In this document: positions 46,680-59,531 of the stretch, one piece after another
Layout of the letters: each line of letters begins with the position of its first letter
Position numbering within the stretch: position 1 is the first letter of the stretch
DNA from: Eledone cirrhosa
Taxonomy: Eukaryota
Assembly (NCBI GenBank): GCA_964016885.1
Contig: OZ024751.1
Location: 1,364,001-1,428,000, forward strand
Direction: 5' to 3'
DNA length: 64,000 nucleotides
The notes under the pieces: model-generated
The model's database searches: none
Told to the model about the DNA's origin: nothing
What the model saw: the letters and a program-made list of their open reading frames with translations, nothing else
Translations under genes and position numbers: made by a program

Positions 46680-47165
46680 TAATTGTTACTGGCACTAAGT
46701 CAGCTATTTGAGGGGGAGAGGAAATCGATAAGAACAACCTCTGTGCGTTACTGCATTATTTTATTAACCCCGTTAGGATGAAAGCACGTGGCTTAGTGGT
46801 TAGAGAGTTGGATTCGCAATCGTGAGGTTGCGAGTTCAAGTCTCGGACCGGGTGATGCGTTGTGTCCTTGAGCAAAACACTTTATTTCAAGTTGCTCCTT
46901 CTGCCAGGAGTTGTGCGACCGGTAGATAGTATCAACAATGGAAAGACAAATGGAAACATTGTTTCCTTGGTCCGATTTGACGAGGTCCGCTCCACTTGGC
47001 AAGCGAGTGAGGTCTGGGATCTTGTCGATCGATCAGAGCGTGAGGATGAAAGACAAAGGTAACCTCGGTGGAATTTGAATTCAGAACGTAAAGGGTCGTA
47101 ACTCTATACCACAAAGCAGGGTGTCCGACGCTCTACCGATTCTACCTCCCACGCTATCACACCAG
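46680..47165 (-). mobile_element. SINE (second family) split by a nested SINE insertion
   Basis: Halves 46680-46784 and 47043-47165 join into the family seen at 38727-38916. Confidence 0.65.
46785..47042 (+). mobile_element. tRNA-derived CORE-type SINE with 10-bp TSD
   Basis: Box A tggcttagtgg, box B gagttcaagtct, tgtgtccttgagcaaaacacttt core; aggatgaaag duplicated at 46775-46784 and 47043-47052. Confidence 0.75.
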
Positions 47166-47329
47166 TTTAATAATAAGCAAGTTAGTTATAGTGCGAAACC
47201 TTTTCAAAATGATTTTAAAATCATTGACAGTGACTTTCATTAGAAATATCCTAACGAAAGGGCCAATCGAAATGTTTTGCTCTTTACATTACATTAATCC
47301 TTTAACAGTTTGGTGTCAAAAGGTTTAAG

Positions 47330-47457
47330 TACCAGGGTGCTGAAAAGTTCTGGGCTTTGGGCAAAAGAAAATACAGGTGGCTCAGTTAATTATGATTTTA
47401 TTCAATTATTCCCCTTTCAAATTCACACACTGCAGTATCCTTTTCAGCATACCCGTA
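47330..47457. mobile_element. Short Tc1/mariner-derived MITE remnant
   Basis: TA-ccagggtgctgaaaag ... cttttcagcatacccg-TA imperfect TIRs with TA ends. Confidence 0.5.
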
Positions 47458-47777
47458 TGTAAACATTGATTTAATATTAATGGCCCTTTGTATCCTGTCA
47501 CCTTCAGGTGACATATAAGATGGAAAGATAAATAGCTGATGGGTTGCCTTTGTTTACTACACTACATGACGATTGCTCAGTACATTACATATATGTGTAC
47601 ATTCTACATTCCTGGAATTCACAATCCGTTCACGTAGAAATTAATACTGCTCCACCTCTTCCCTCACCTCTTCCGCTTCTTCCTCCTCCCTCTTCTCTCA
47701 CCTCCAACAGTTGTTCCTGAACATTACATAGCTTTGTACGTAATGTAATGAAATGTGTGATTTCTGTACCGTAGGAA

Positions 47778-48031
47778 ATGGAGGATATGATGGTGGTATA
47801 TGTGGTGTGGGTGTATATATATGTATATATATACTTGTGTGATGGAGGTATGTGTGGCGTGGGTGTATATATATATATATATATACTTGTGTGATGGAGG
47901 TATGTGTGGTGTGGATGTATATATATATATATATATACATATATATGTACTTGTGTGTGCGTGTATGCAAATATATGATATGTATACACACATACACACA
48001 CACATATATATATATGTATATATATATATAC

Positions 48032-48118
<87 letters not shown>

Positions 48119-48151
48119 CGTGCGTGCACGTGTATGATTCTATGTATATAT

Positions 48152-48212
<61 letters not shown>

Positions 48213-48244
48213 ATAATATAGATATATATGAAGGAGAGTGGAAG

Positions 48245-48284
<40 letters not shown>

Positions 48285-48420
48285 TAGAATGATAAATAAA
48301 TAAATATATATATATAGAATGGTGAGCGGGAGAGAGAGAGAGAGGGCGAAAGAGATAGATAGAATGATGAGTAGGAGAGAGAGAGAGTGAATGAGAGAGA
48401 GAAAGAGAGAGGTATGGATG
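47778..48420. repeat. About 55-bp tandem units (gatggaggtatgtgtgg..tatata) followed by (TG)n, (TA)n, (GA)n microsatellites
   Basis: Direct reading. Confidence 0.9.
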
Positions 48421-48954
48421 GGGGTGAGAGGAACGCCGAGGAGGAGGCATAATGATTCAAACTAAAGACGATTAAATACTCGAGTCTTTATTATGTAGGA
48501 GACGAAAATAGTTTGGAGCAAGTGTTTCTATTGCGCTCGAGCGGAAAGATTGTTCTCGTGTAGTAAATATTAGTAGAGGAGTAAACAGAAAAGTATGGTT
48601 TACTTTGAAGTGATGTACATAAAATTAGGTCGACGTATTTACTAATACAGAAGAACAGAGCCAGCTGTAACAGTGCAAATATATGTATATATGTATACGT
48701 TACGTATGTATATATGTATATGTATGTGTATGTATGTATGTATATGTATATATATATATATACACGTTATGTATATGTTATGTGTACGTTATGTGTATAG
48801 ATTATATGTAATAAATATATATTTGCAAATATGTATATATAACTATAAATATAAATATACAAATGTATGATGATTTCTCACGAATGAAACAGTTCTAGTC
48901 CTGTAGAAGCTTTTCTATATTAAATATATATATATTTATATACATACACATATG

Positions 48955-48986
<32 letters not shown>

Positions 48987-49280
48987 TATTGTTATACTTG
49001 GGGAGGGTCATATTTGTGTAAATAGTATTGCCAAAATTAATAACAGAACACACTCACTGTTTGGTTGGTTTTCGCTTCTGTATCTTTTATATAGGTTAAT
49101 TTAATTGATTCGGTCCTCAATGTTACCATTGATAGTCAATGTTACCATTGAGGACCGAATAAATTAAATTAACCGATATAAAAGATACAGAAGCGAAAAC
49201 CAACCAAACAGTGAGTGTGTTCTGTTATTAATTCTAGCAATACTATTACACAAATATGACCCTCCCCATGTATAACAATA
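48987..49280. repeat. Palindrome (about 145-bp arms) made of a PLE-type terminus
   Basis: Arms are reverse complements; begins tattgttatacttggggagggtcatat like the pLTR ends at 42335 and 54622. Confidence 0.88.
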
Positions 49281-49335
49281 TTTGTTTCGACACACGATTC
49301 CATATAAAAAACCTCGCAAAACTATATATATATAT

Positions 49336-49464
49336 ATAGGAACGTGTAGGACCCCGACGGCTGAGCTCAAGCCGTTTCGACGGCTAATTCTGGACTCAAT
49401 CTCAGTCCAGAATTAGCCGTCGAAAAGGCTTGAGCTCAGCCGTCGGGGTCCAACTCGTTCCTAT
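49336..49464. repeat. GC-rich hairpin/palindrome (about 60-bp arms, 7-bp loop) at the end of a dispersed repeat also at about 58503-58600
   Basis: ggaccccgacggctgagctcaagcc...aattctggact / agtccagaatt...ggcttgagctcagccgtcggggtcc; downstream taagtattgagtact..ggtgcgttatggtc shared with 58547-58580. Confidence 0.85.
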
Positions 49465-49891
49465 TTACCCACTCTACTACCATAAGTATTGAGTACTTTG
49501 GTGCGTTATGGTCTACCTGGTTCCTTACCACATTTCCTTCGTTATATATATATATATATATACTTGTGTATAATGGTAGCTATGGTGCTTCCATAGGCGG
49601 TATGCCAAAATTAGCACTCAATATTCAGCAGAGGAGAGTGTAGATAGTATATATATATATATATATATTACGTTAACTATTTTTCCATTTTGACGCTCTA
49701 GTCACTTATATATTATGGAATACTGTTGGCTTCTTGCTACAATAATTTCTATACTTTTCATTTATATATATATATACATATATATATGTGTGTGTGTATA
49801 CATATATATATATATATATGTATACACACACACATATATATATGTATATGGCCTCAGCCGGATGGTTGGAACAGGTAAAAGAGTAAATGAG

Positions 49892-49965
<74 letters not shown>

Positions 49966-50006
49966 TTCAAAATATTAATAAATATAGACATTCATGTGAT
50001 CAAGTA

Positions 50007-50073
50007 TATTTTATTATACATATTTCAGAGGTACTGAGCTATTTTCAACAGTACGTCCTCATCAGATAAAATA
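50007..50073 (-). ncRNA. Minimal type-I hammerhead ribozyme
   Basis: Minus: tattttat-CTGATGA-gga c gtactg..cagtac c tct-GAAA-tatgta-TA-ataaaata. Confidence 0.82.
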
Positions 50074-50255
50074 AGTTGATGCTTGACACACCTTGACTGA
50101 AATATGTATAATAAAATATACTTGATGACATGAATGTCTATATTTGTTAATATTTTGAATTAATATTAATAACTCCGGAAAACCATTGCAGTGGAGTGCT
50201 TCTAATCTATTGTGAAACTTTATTCATTGATTTATTCATTGAACCTTGTTTAACC

Positions 50256-50304
<49 letters not shown>

Positions 50305-50851
50305 GGAAAAAATGAAACGAAATTTCATTTCCCACTCTTAGTACGGCTGTTACTTAAATATAAGTATGTACACGTACATACATATATGTATACAGACGTA
50401 CAGTAGTATGTATATATATATACTACATACATGCACACATATACATATGTACGTATGGATTCACCGAACATTTATTATAATGCTCGCTGTGTTTGTAAAC
50501 AAACATCCCGTATTAAGCCGTAGTATCTAGTAACCATCGTTGGTCGTTTGTTCAACACTGATAAAGGAACGCTGTACTAGTTTATACTTATATTTAAGTA
50601 ACAGCCGTACTAAGAGTGGGAAATGAAATTTCGTTTCATTTTTTCCGTTTATATATATATATAATTAAAGGTTAAACAAGGTTCAATGAATAAATCAATG
50701 AATAAAGTTTCACAATAGATTAGAAGCACTCCACTGCAATGGTTTTCCGGAGTTATTAATATTAATTCAAAATATTAACAAATATAGACATTCATGTCAT
50801 CAAGTATATTTTATTATACATATTTCAGTCAAGGTGTGTCAAGCATCAACT

Positions 50852-50917
50852 TATTTTATCTGATGAGGACGTACGTTGAAAATAGCTCAGTACCTCTGAA
50901 ATATGTATAATAAAATA
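50852..50917 (+). ncRNA. Minimal type-I hammerhead ribozyme
   Basis: tattttat-CTGATGA(50860)-stem II-GAAA(50898)-tatgta-TA-ataaaata; 1-nt deletion in stem II relative to the mirror copy. Confidence 0.78.
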
Positions 50918-50958
50918 TACTTGATCACATGAATGTCTATATTTATTAATATTTTGAA

Positions 50959-51030
<72 letters not shown>

Positions 51031-51098
51031 CTCATTTACTCTTTTACCTGTTCCAACCATCCGGCTGAGGCCATATACATATATATATGTGTGTGTGT

Positions 51099-51164
<66 letters not shown>

Positions 51165-52276
51165 GAAAAGTATAGAAATTATTGTAGCAAGAAGCCAACA
51201 GTATTCCATAATATATAAGTGACTAGAGCGTCAAAATGGAAAAATAGTTAACGTAATATATATATATATATATACTATCTGCACTCTCCTCTGCTGAATA
51301 TTGAGTGCTAATTTTGTATATGTGTGCATGTATGTATATATATATACATACTACTGTACATCTGTATACATATATGTATGTACGTGAACATACTTATATA
51401 TATATATATATATTTATATATACATATTGTAATAATAATTGTGAAGACATATTCTGTGTTGAAATGTTCTTTAAGATTTTATATTTAACCTTTGAAAGCT
51501 GGGTCACTAGAGCAGTATCTAAACTATAAGAAAGTAAGGAGGGCGGAACTGCATCCAGAAAATTTTTTTTTTTATCCCGTTTGTAAAATAAGTTGGATTA
51601 CTTTGGATAAATAATGAATGAATATTTCATAATTTATCTACTAAATTTCGTTATACTTGTTTAAATATAAATAATTTTGTTGTTTATTTTAAGATTCACT
51701 TCTTTACAATTTTCAAATGTCAACGCTTCCAGTTAGCGATCGCTTAAATAAACTTTCATATATTTCCGTCCCTAATATCAATATACACATTACACATGCT
51801 AGCAGAAAACCACCCGTAGGTGGTTTCTCTGCTAGTATATATAATAATAATACTAACAATAGAGATAATACAACAACAACAACAACTGTTTTAAGTCCCT
51901 ACCTATTACAAGATGTCATTTTTGTGGTAAAATTTCACAGCCCGATGCCATTCCCGGGGCCAACCGTTTTAGTCACTCTTTACTGAACGCTCCGATATAG
52001 TGTACCTACTCTAAACCGGATATATACAAACACACACACACCCACACACACACATCCACATACACACAAATACGCACACTCACGCTCACAAGCACACACA
52101 CACATATATATACAAACATGCACACACACACATATATATATAAGTTAATGAAAGAAACGTTCGTAAATCTATTAAATGATTTAATGTAATTTAATCCTGG
52201 TTATTTTATCCATTGTTTATATATAAATATATATGATTCAACAACTTGGAAGGAAATCTGCAGAAGGCTTAGCCTC

Positions 52277-54560
52277 ATGCAGCGCACAAGGAATGGTGAG
52301 ATAGTGTGTCTACTTACACACACATCCGGTAGGATGTCAATAAACAGCATGCCGAACTATATCAAGGCTATGGAACCCCACATCATCAACACGAGCGAAA
52401 CAACACCACAGATACCTAAGGAAAGAGAAAAGATCCTCAATGCTCACATGATGATGTGGACCAACATCCTAAAGCCAAGTAGACGCACAGCCAATAATTT
52501 CCAAGCCTCTAACAATGACATACCACCCTTGTATGGGCTCCGCAAAGACCATAAAACAACTAACGACCCTGTGACAGAATCACCAACAAGGCCTGTATGC
52601 GGAGCCAATATGGCTAGCAACTACAGGATCTCCTACTTCCTCTCTATCATTGTATGCCCATAATTAAGATTCCCCAGATGTACGTGAGAGCACAGAGGAC
52701 CTCCTCAGCAGAATCAATGATTGCAACAACAGCGAAGATTCAACAAACTGCATAATAAGCAGCATGGATGTAATATCCCTGTACCTATCAATTAACATTG
52801 ATTTTGCTGTGGGAAAATGTGTGGAAATAATCAGTGAGAGTGAGGTAGAGTTCTGTGACGTTCATACAGATGAACTGGGTCTCCTACTTAGACTTACATG
52901 TGACAGCGAATACTTAAATAATTATGATTTTAGCAGTTTCTGCCCCAGTAGACCAATAAGAGGTAGACCCCCCCCCCTACACCACCACCACCATAACCTC
53001 AATGGCTAAAAAGACTCTCATAAGTAGATGGAATGGATGGACCAAAGCCATGCGGATACCCAACAACAACGAATTAATTGTATGTGGAGAAAGGAGACTC
53101 AGAGAACGCCTAGCAGAGAACTCCACAACCCTCATCATGTACTCTCGTTACGTAGATGATATCAATATAATAATAAAAACACATCAACAAGAGAGTACCA
53201 ATAAACCCGAATTAGAAACTAACACGATGGAGAGCATCCTTCAGATAGCTAATTCCATACAAAGCATAACAGTAACTACCGTCTACCATTCCAAACACCC
53301 TAACAATAGACTACCAGTATTATACACTGAACTCTGGTTAAACTCTATAAACGAAAAAAAACAAATTCTCCACTCACACTATGCTAAACCCATGGCCTCC
53401 AAATACCTGATACTCAAAAACTCAGCAATGTCCAATAGTGCTAAGTTTAATATTCTGATCGCAGACTTGGTAAGAGTGATGACGAATGTGTCCCGCATAT
53501 GCGACAATACTGAACCGGAAAGACACATACAACACTTAATCAATCGCATGCAGCTCTCTGGCTACAACCAAATAGACAGAATCAGGGTGTACAAAGGAGC
53601 CACAGAGAAATATAAGACCCTCATAGAGATGGGGATGAAAGGGATTTTCCCATTGTACAGGAGCAGATCATGGAATAGCTTAGATAGGACTAAACATAAG
53701 ATAGGGAAAGCCACTTCATTGTACGTCAACCAGAGATACCGGTGTGTCATGTTCGTGGATGCAGCCCCTGGAGGTGAATTAGCTAAACAATTTAGAAAGG
53801 TCATAAGAAAGACTCATTTAAAGATTAAAGAAGTAGAAAAGCCAGGAACTACCATAAAATCCCTGATCAGCAAACCTTACCCCTTTAAGAAAACCCACTG
53901 TACTAATAAAAAATGTGTTATATGTAGAATAAATCCACAAATAAATTGTAAAACTAGAAATGTAGACTATAGCATAAGATATACAGAGGGGACTTGCAGA
54001 AACATGACAATGACATACATAGGTGAGACAGCTTGGAGCATAGGAGAGAGATTAGACCAACACTGGGGTGAACTAAAAGGACAAAAAGACGGTTCGGTAC
54101 TATATGAACACGCCAGACAAAGACATGATGGTAATATAGGCAACATATAAATTAAAATAATATCTAAACATAGAAATGACTCAACAGGTAGACAAATCAG
54201 AGAAGCAACTGATAGAGAACTAAGAAAACCGAAGTTGAACAGAAAAAATGAATGAAATAACAACAACAATACACCAACACACAATAAGATAAATATAAAT
54301 AAATATACACAGATACAATAACAACACATAAACATACACTAGTGAGTAAAGATAGAATACAAACACACACAGACTCAGACACCAAACAGAAAGCACACAC
54401 ACAAACAAATGCGCCAACAGAGACAAGAATAAATAAACAAAAGTAAAAATGGAATAGACATTACAATAGAACGGGAGAAAACATAATAGTACCATTGATG
54501 ATGTCACAGGTGTGTGATGAAAGAACTTTGATAGACTATATATATATATTTTTTTTTAAA
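52277..54560 (+). mobile_element. Penelope-like element (Neptune-like, related to the 42-44 kb family), degenerate RT + GIY-YIG plus 3' pLTR
   Basis: PPLYGLRKDHK, TRPVCGA, SMDVISLY, YSRYVDD, HYAKPMAS, HCTNKKCVIC..NCKTRNVDYSI, YIGETAWSIGERLDQH; frameshifts; RT motif B region deleted; hammerhead-like motif at 54491-54532. Confidence 0.9.
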
Positions 54561-54709
54561 CCGTTGGCTAAATTAACTATAGGGATATAAAATATACAAA
54601 AGAGAAAACCAATATATATGTATTGTTATATTTGGGGAGGGTCATATTGTTATGATATTGCCAGAAATAATAATAAAACACACTCAGTTTAGTTTGGATT
54701 GGTTTTCGC

Positions 54710-54779
<70 letters not shown>

Positions 54780-54829
54780 TGGGGAAGGACACTGGAAGGT
54801 AATATCCGTTATGGTAGAACATTCAGTCC

Positions 54830-55610
54830 TTGGCACGTAACGCCATAACCTCTAAATATGCCATCCAGTGCAGCCTGGCTTCAGACAGACTCAAGCACCA
54901 TCTCGACCAGCACCGCCTTGCCTGTTTTCGTGCGGCCTCCAAACCCTACGGTGGTGCCTGGCTCCATGCTCTGCTCTCCTTCTCCACTGGCACGCAGCTA
55001 GACAACAATAGCCTGCGCATCGGCGTTTCCTTGAGGCTCCGCCTCCGGATCTACAAGCCACACCAGTGTCGTTACGGATCCACCGTGGACTCTTTCGGCC
55101 TCCACCCGCTTTCCTGTCACCACAGTGCCGGCCGCCTTCCACGCCATGTTGCCCTCAACGAAGTCATAAAGCATGGCTTGGACGATGCAGGCTCCCCTTC
55201 CCATCTCGAGCCGGTGGGGATGGACCGAGGGGACGGGAAAAGGCTAGATGGCATGACCTTCTTCCCGTTCCGCGGTGGCAAACCCCTCGTCTGGGATGCC
55301 ACTTACACCGACACTTTCTGCAGCTGCAACCTGGTGCAGTCTGCGACTAACCCAGGTTCTGCTGCACGTCGGGTTGAGGAGGCCAAACTCCTCAAATACC
55401 GGTCGCACTCCGACAGGTTTGCGGTTGAACCATTAGTAGGGAGACTTCTGGTGTCCTCGGCCACAGGGCTACCTCTCTACTCACCACCATAGGCGCTGAG
55501 CTTGCCTGCCGCAGCTGTGAGCCCTGCGAGTTGGAGTGGCTTTTCCAGCGCATCTCCCTTCCCGTCGTCCGGGGAAACGCCTTCTCCATTCTGTCCGCTG
55601 GGGCTGTGGG
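54830..55610 (+). mobile_element. 3' fragment of a CRE-like non-LTR retrotransposon (zinc knuckle + restriction-like endonuclease), pseudogenised
   Basis: GAWLHAL, LRIGVSLRL, HQCRYG..D..GLHPLSC, GRLPRHVALN, LEP, DGKRLDG, LVWDAT..DT, E..KLLKY; after a frameshift ETSGVLG...WLFQRISLPVVRGNAFSIL; GC-rich relative to flanks. Confidence 0.8.
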
Positions 55611-55789
55611 GAGACAAGCCGATTATATTACGAATTCTGTGGAATAGTCTTAAATACGATTATTAAGAGATTTCAAATATTTACTTTCTTTTGCTTGTGT
55701 GTCTGTGTCTATATATGTATGTTTGCATGCATGTATGAATACACTAAGCTTTAGATTTAGTAGAATGTATAACCACTGATTCAAGCTAT

Positions 55790-57540
55790 TTGCACTATCA
55801 GGATCTCATTAACAGTTTAAGTGGTACCTCTAAATAAGGCTAACCCTATGGTCTACTACGACATCAATACAGAAGCCAAAGACCTTGCTGTCGCCCTTAA
55901 GGTAGATAGGAAACTGCAATGCTTAGCTAAACGTGAGGCGTTTCTCACCCAAAAGGATCACAAGGTAGACTTTGCTTCTAATCCCACGTGTAGACTACTA
56001 AAGCCGGCACGCACAGAAATGGGACTAGTCAGTAAAGCTATAATTAGAAACATAGTTAAGACCATTAGAACCAAGTCCAACCTGCCCCAGTGGGAGAACA
56101 GCGACTCCGTCATTAAGTGATTTAACTCCAAAAAAGCGAAGTTCACGCAATTCGACATTATAGATTTTTACCCATCGATCTCAGAGACCCTGTTAAACAA
56201 AGCGTCCATGTTTTAAACAGGGAAATCATCGCATACTGCCGGAAAACCCTCCTCTTCAACAACGGAGTAGCCTGAGCAAAGAAGTCAACCACTTCAGATC
56301 TATTCGACGTCTCCATGGGATCGTTTGACAGTGATGACTTATGCGACTTGGTTGGCTTATTTATTTTAGATATATTACGTGTTAGATTCCCGGACTTCCA
56401 CACGAGATTATACCGCGACGATGGTCTGACCTTATCGAGCCATAAAAGTGGTCACGACCTGGACCGGTTTCAAAAAGATTTAACTTCTACTTTTAATGAG
56501 TTAGGACTTAGGATAACAGTAGCTACCAACCTCTCTAGCGTAGATTACTTAGACATTAATTTAGATCTTCACACACACACCTTCAGACCCTTCCATAAGC
56601 TAAACGAAAAACTTAATTACATACACAAGGACTCGTGCCACCCTCCTACTGTTTTTAGAAACTTCGTAAATAATATTAGTACTAGAATCTCTAACCTTTC
56701 CCCTAATAAGGCTATCTTTGACAGAATGGTCCTCTATTATAACACGGCGTTAGCTAACAGCGGCTTCTCGCAACCAACTACTTACTCCTCCACTAACAAC
56801 AACGGCAATAAGAAAAGAAATTGTAACAATAGACAAAGTATTTGGTTCTCTCCTCCCTTCTCACTCAACGGTAAAACTAATGTAGGAAACATTTTTTTAG
56901 CCCTCTTAGATAGGTCACAAATACCACTCCATCTTTAACAGACACGGGTTGAAATTAGGATACTCCTGTGCTAAGAATATGAAGGCCCACATCACCAACA
57001 GTCCTAAGAGAGGCACCCCACCAGGATGCTCTTGCCGAAAGCCTGAAACTTGTCCCCTTCAACAGCAATGCAACACACCCGCTGTAGTTTATGAAGCTGT
57101 GGTCAAATGAATCACAGGAGTTCAAATCCTATGTGGGCATGGCGGAGGACCGATTAAGAAACGCTTCCTGAACCATCAGTCAACCTTTAGGTACCCGGAC
57201 AAACGATCATCCACGAAGCTCGCAAGCCACGCATGGTCCCTCAAATACTCAGGTATAGACTACTCCATTCAAGGGAAAGCTATCACTAAGTCCAAGCCAT
57301 AGGCAAGGGGCAATCCGTCTTGTGGACTGTATATTGAAGAAAGGATAACAACATCATTCTAATTTTCTAATCAACTCGAACATATTATTCCGGACACTCG
57401 CAGTTATCTCCCTTACACCTTTCGCCCGTGGTTTTGTATCGCCTGGGTGAAGTGACCGTTTCTGCGCATGTGCGTTCATACGGGTGTTCTTCCTGTTCCG
57501 TATAACCATTACCACTCCGAGCTGAAGATCCGCTTAAGGT
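55790..57540 (+). mobile_element. Penelope-like element of a second clade (Naiad-like), degenerate RT + GIY-YIG
   Basis: KDHKVDFASNPTCRLLKPARTEMG, QFDIIDFYPSISE, FDVSMGSFD..DLCDLVGL, LYRDDGL, DYLDINLDL, WFSPPFS, CSCRKPETCPLQQQCNTPAVVYEA, YVGMA, NHQSTF, TKLASHAWSLK; many stops and frameshifts. Confidence 0.88.
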
Positions 57541-57588
57541 CCGTGTTGTTTGCTCTGATCTGTACAGATCAGAGCAAACAACACGGAC
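57539..57588. repeat. Perfect 50-bp palindrome at the 3' end of the Naiad-like element
   Basis: gtccgtgttgtttgctctgatctgt|acagatcagagcaaacaacacggac. Confidence 0.97.
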
Positions 57589-57799
57589 ACTCTATCTCAA
57601 AATTATTTTTGAAAAACATTTAGAAATGCGCAACCGGTAAAAACTTAAAAACTTTAAACCACAACTGAATACTAACCCATACAATCACTAATACTCTTTT
57701 ATTCCTAATTAAACCATTTTTCAACTGTGAACAATTTGTCAGCATTTTCTATTCCGTTTACCAATATATAATAACTTGTGTGTTACACCTCAATTCTTT

Positions 57800-57866
<67 letters not shown>

Positions 57867-57872
<6 letters not shown>

Positions 57873-58459
57873 TATATTATATTTAGAGATTAAACTCTTA
57901 GTCGTTTACAATTAATCAGCTCAAAGAAAGAGGCATTTCTGAGCTGTGAAATACAAGTTATATATTAATATATATCATAAACACAAAACGTGTTTGTATT
58001 GTAACAGACAAAGTTAGCTAGCAATGAAATAAACTAATTAAAGTGAATACAATTTATCTCTCGATATAAGTCAATAAAGACAAGCTTATATTGGCAAAAG
58101 CCGTGATTCATGGACAAATTTAAATTTCGAAATCCAAACCCGCTCCGTAGATGAATTTGAACTTCGAAACCCAAATATGTTTCGCAACGATGGTACATGA
58201 ATTGAAAAATAAAGAGAATCGAAATGGAATTGAAATAAAAAGTGAAATATCCAAATCTTCTGTGCTTATCAACAGGAATCCAGTAAAGTTAGTACATTCC
58301 ACCTTCAAAAATTTTGCAGGTCTGATTACACGTGGTGTAGCCAGCTAAACTAGCCATCCCGCATTCCCGGTGCTAGAAATAACAGAAATATACGGGATTA
58401 AAGATCAGCTCTACAGTTAAGGAGCAATATACTATATTATATTTAGAGATTAAACTCTT
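57867..58459. repeat. 33-bp exact direct repeat (57867-57899, 58427-58459) flanking about 527 bp
   Basis: atatactatattatatttagagattaaactctt occurs twice; (TA)n on both outer sides. Confidence 0.85.
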
Positions 58460-58859
58460 TATATATATATATATTCAAGCTGTCGACACGGTTGAACACT
58501 CTGCCGTCGGGGTCTTGAACTTTTTCCTATTACCCGCTCTACAAACCCTAAGTATTGAGTACTCTGGTGCGTTATGGTCCACCTGGTTTCTTCGTTATAT
58601 ATATATATATATATATTTGAGTGAGTGTGAGTGTGAGTGCATGTGTATCTTTTGCCTGTGTACAACCACTCACATGAGTAAAAATGTAAATATCCATAAT
58701 AAAACTCCGATTCAATCTCTAATGTGATGAAAATCGTAATAAAGGGATATCTGAAGGTTTTGTTTATAAATAGTTTGAGAAAATGTGTAATAGATAATAT
58801 ATAGTGTAGATGTTTGAAATAGCGACAAACCCTGAATACACACACACACACACACGCAT

Positions 58860-59531
58860 ATGAATTAAAATACCGTAAGTACAACAACAATTTTCAATCC
58901 AAACTCTTTAACGATACTTCTAATTTTAAACACTCTACAAATACTTTCGTTTCTTCTGACAAAACAAAAAATCTTTCTGAAGTAAATAACAATTCGTATA
59001 ACCAACTATTAACAGATAGCATCACTGCTAAATACCAAAAGGCTAACATTAATACTTATAATACCATTAATAATGAAGCTAAAGCCCTAGCTAGTACTCT
59101 AAAAATTGATAACCGGATTGAAAGCCTTGCTAAACGTAAAGAATATATTACCCCTAAAGACCATAAATTAGACTTTACTAATCGACCTAGTTGTAAACTA
59201 ATCAACCCTGCTAAATCTGAAATTGGCCTTGCAAGTAAAAAAATCCTAAGAAAAATAATACTTTAAATAAGAACTATGACTGACTTATCCCAATGGTTAA
59301 ATACATCCTCTGTTATTTCTTGGTTTACTAATATACTTGGTTTACGAATACCAAAGGGGCACAAAGAAATGTTCTTTGTGTATTATGGAAAAATTCAGAA
59401 TTCTCCAAAAGTTGAAAACCCCTCCCACTTGTCTCAACTCCAAGACCGGGATCTTTAGATGTTGTCTGCACCTGAAATCGCATCTACTTTTTAACTGGAT
59501 TAACACACCAACGATTACTCAACCATATTGA
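58860..59531 (+). mobile_element. Internally deleted Naiad-like PLE remnant (RT N-terminus fused to the endonuclease C-terminus)
   Basis: SDKTKN, INNEAKALASTLKIDNRIE, KDHKLDFTNRPSCKLINPAKSEIG, QWLNTSSVISWF, then directly YQRGTKKCSLCIMEK..LNSKTGIFRCCLH. Confidence 0.8.

Larger units (their letters stand above)
49606..51316. repeat. Large palindrome: arms 49606-50367 and 50584-51316, 216-bp spacer; each arm has an internal about 68-bp inverted repeat and a hammerhead
   Basis: Arms are reverse complements apart from microsatellite length; internal IR 49960-50028 versus 50098-50165. Confidence 0.93.

Noticed and set aside
51797-51837. Hairpin gctagcagaaaaccacc/ggtggtttctctgctag as terminator or ncRNA
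   Set aside because: Isolated short IR in eukaryotic repeat-rich DNA with no other supporting motif
56118-57110. Selenocysteine recoding in the Naiad-like ORF (in-frame TGA at about 56118, 56273, 57108)
   Set aside because: The first two TGAs sit where Trp is expected (VIxWF; compare VISWF in the 59.3 kb copy), not Cys; the copy has many other lesions and no SECIS was recognised
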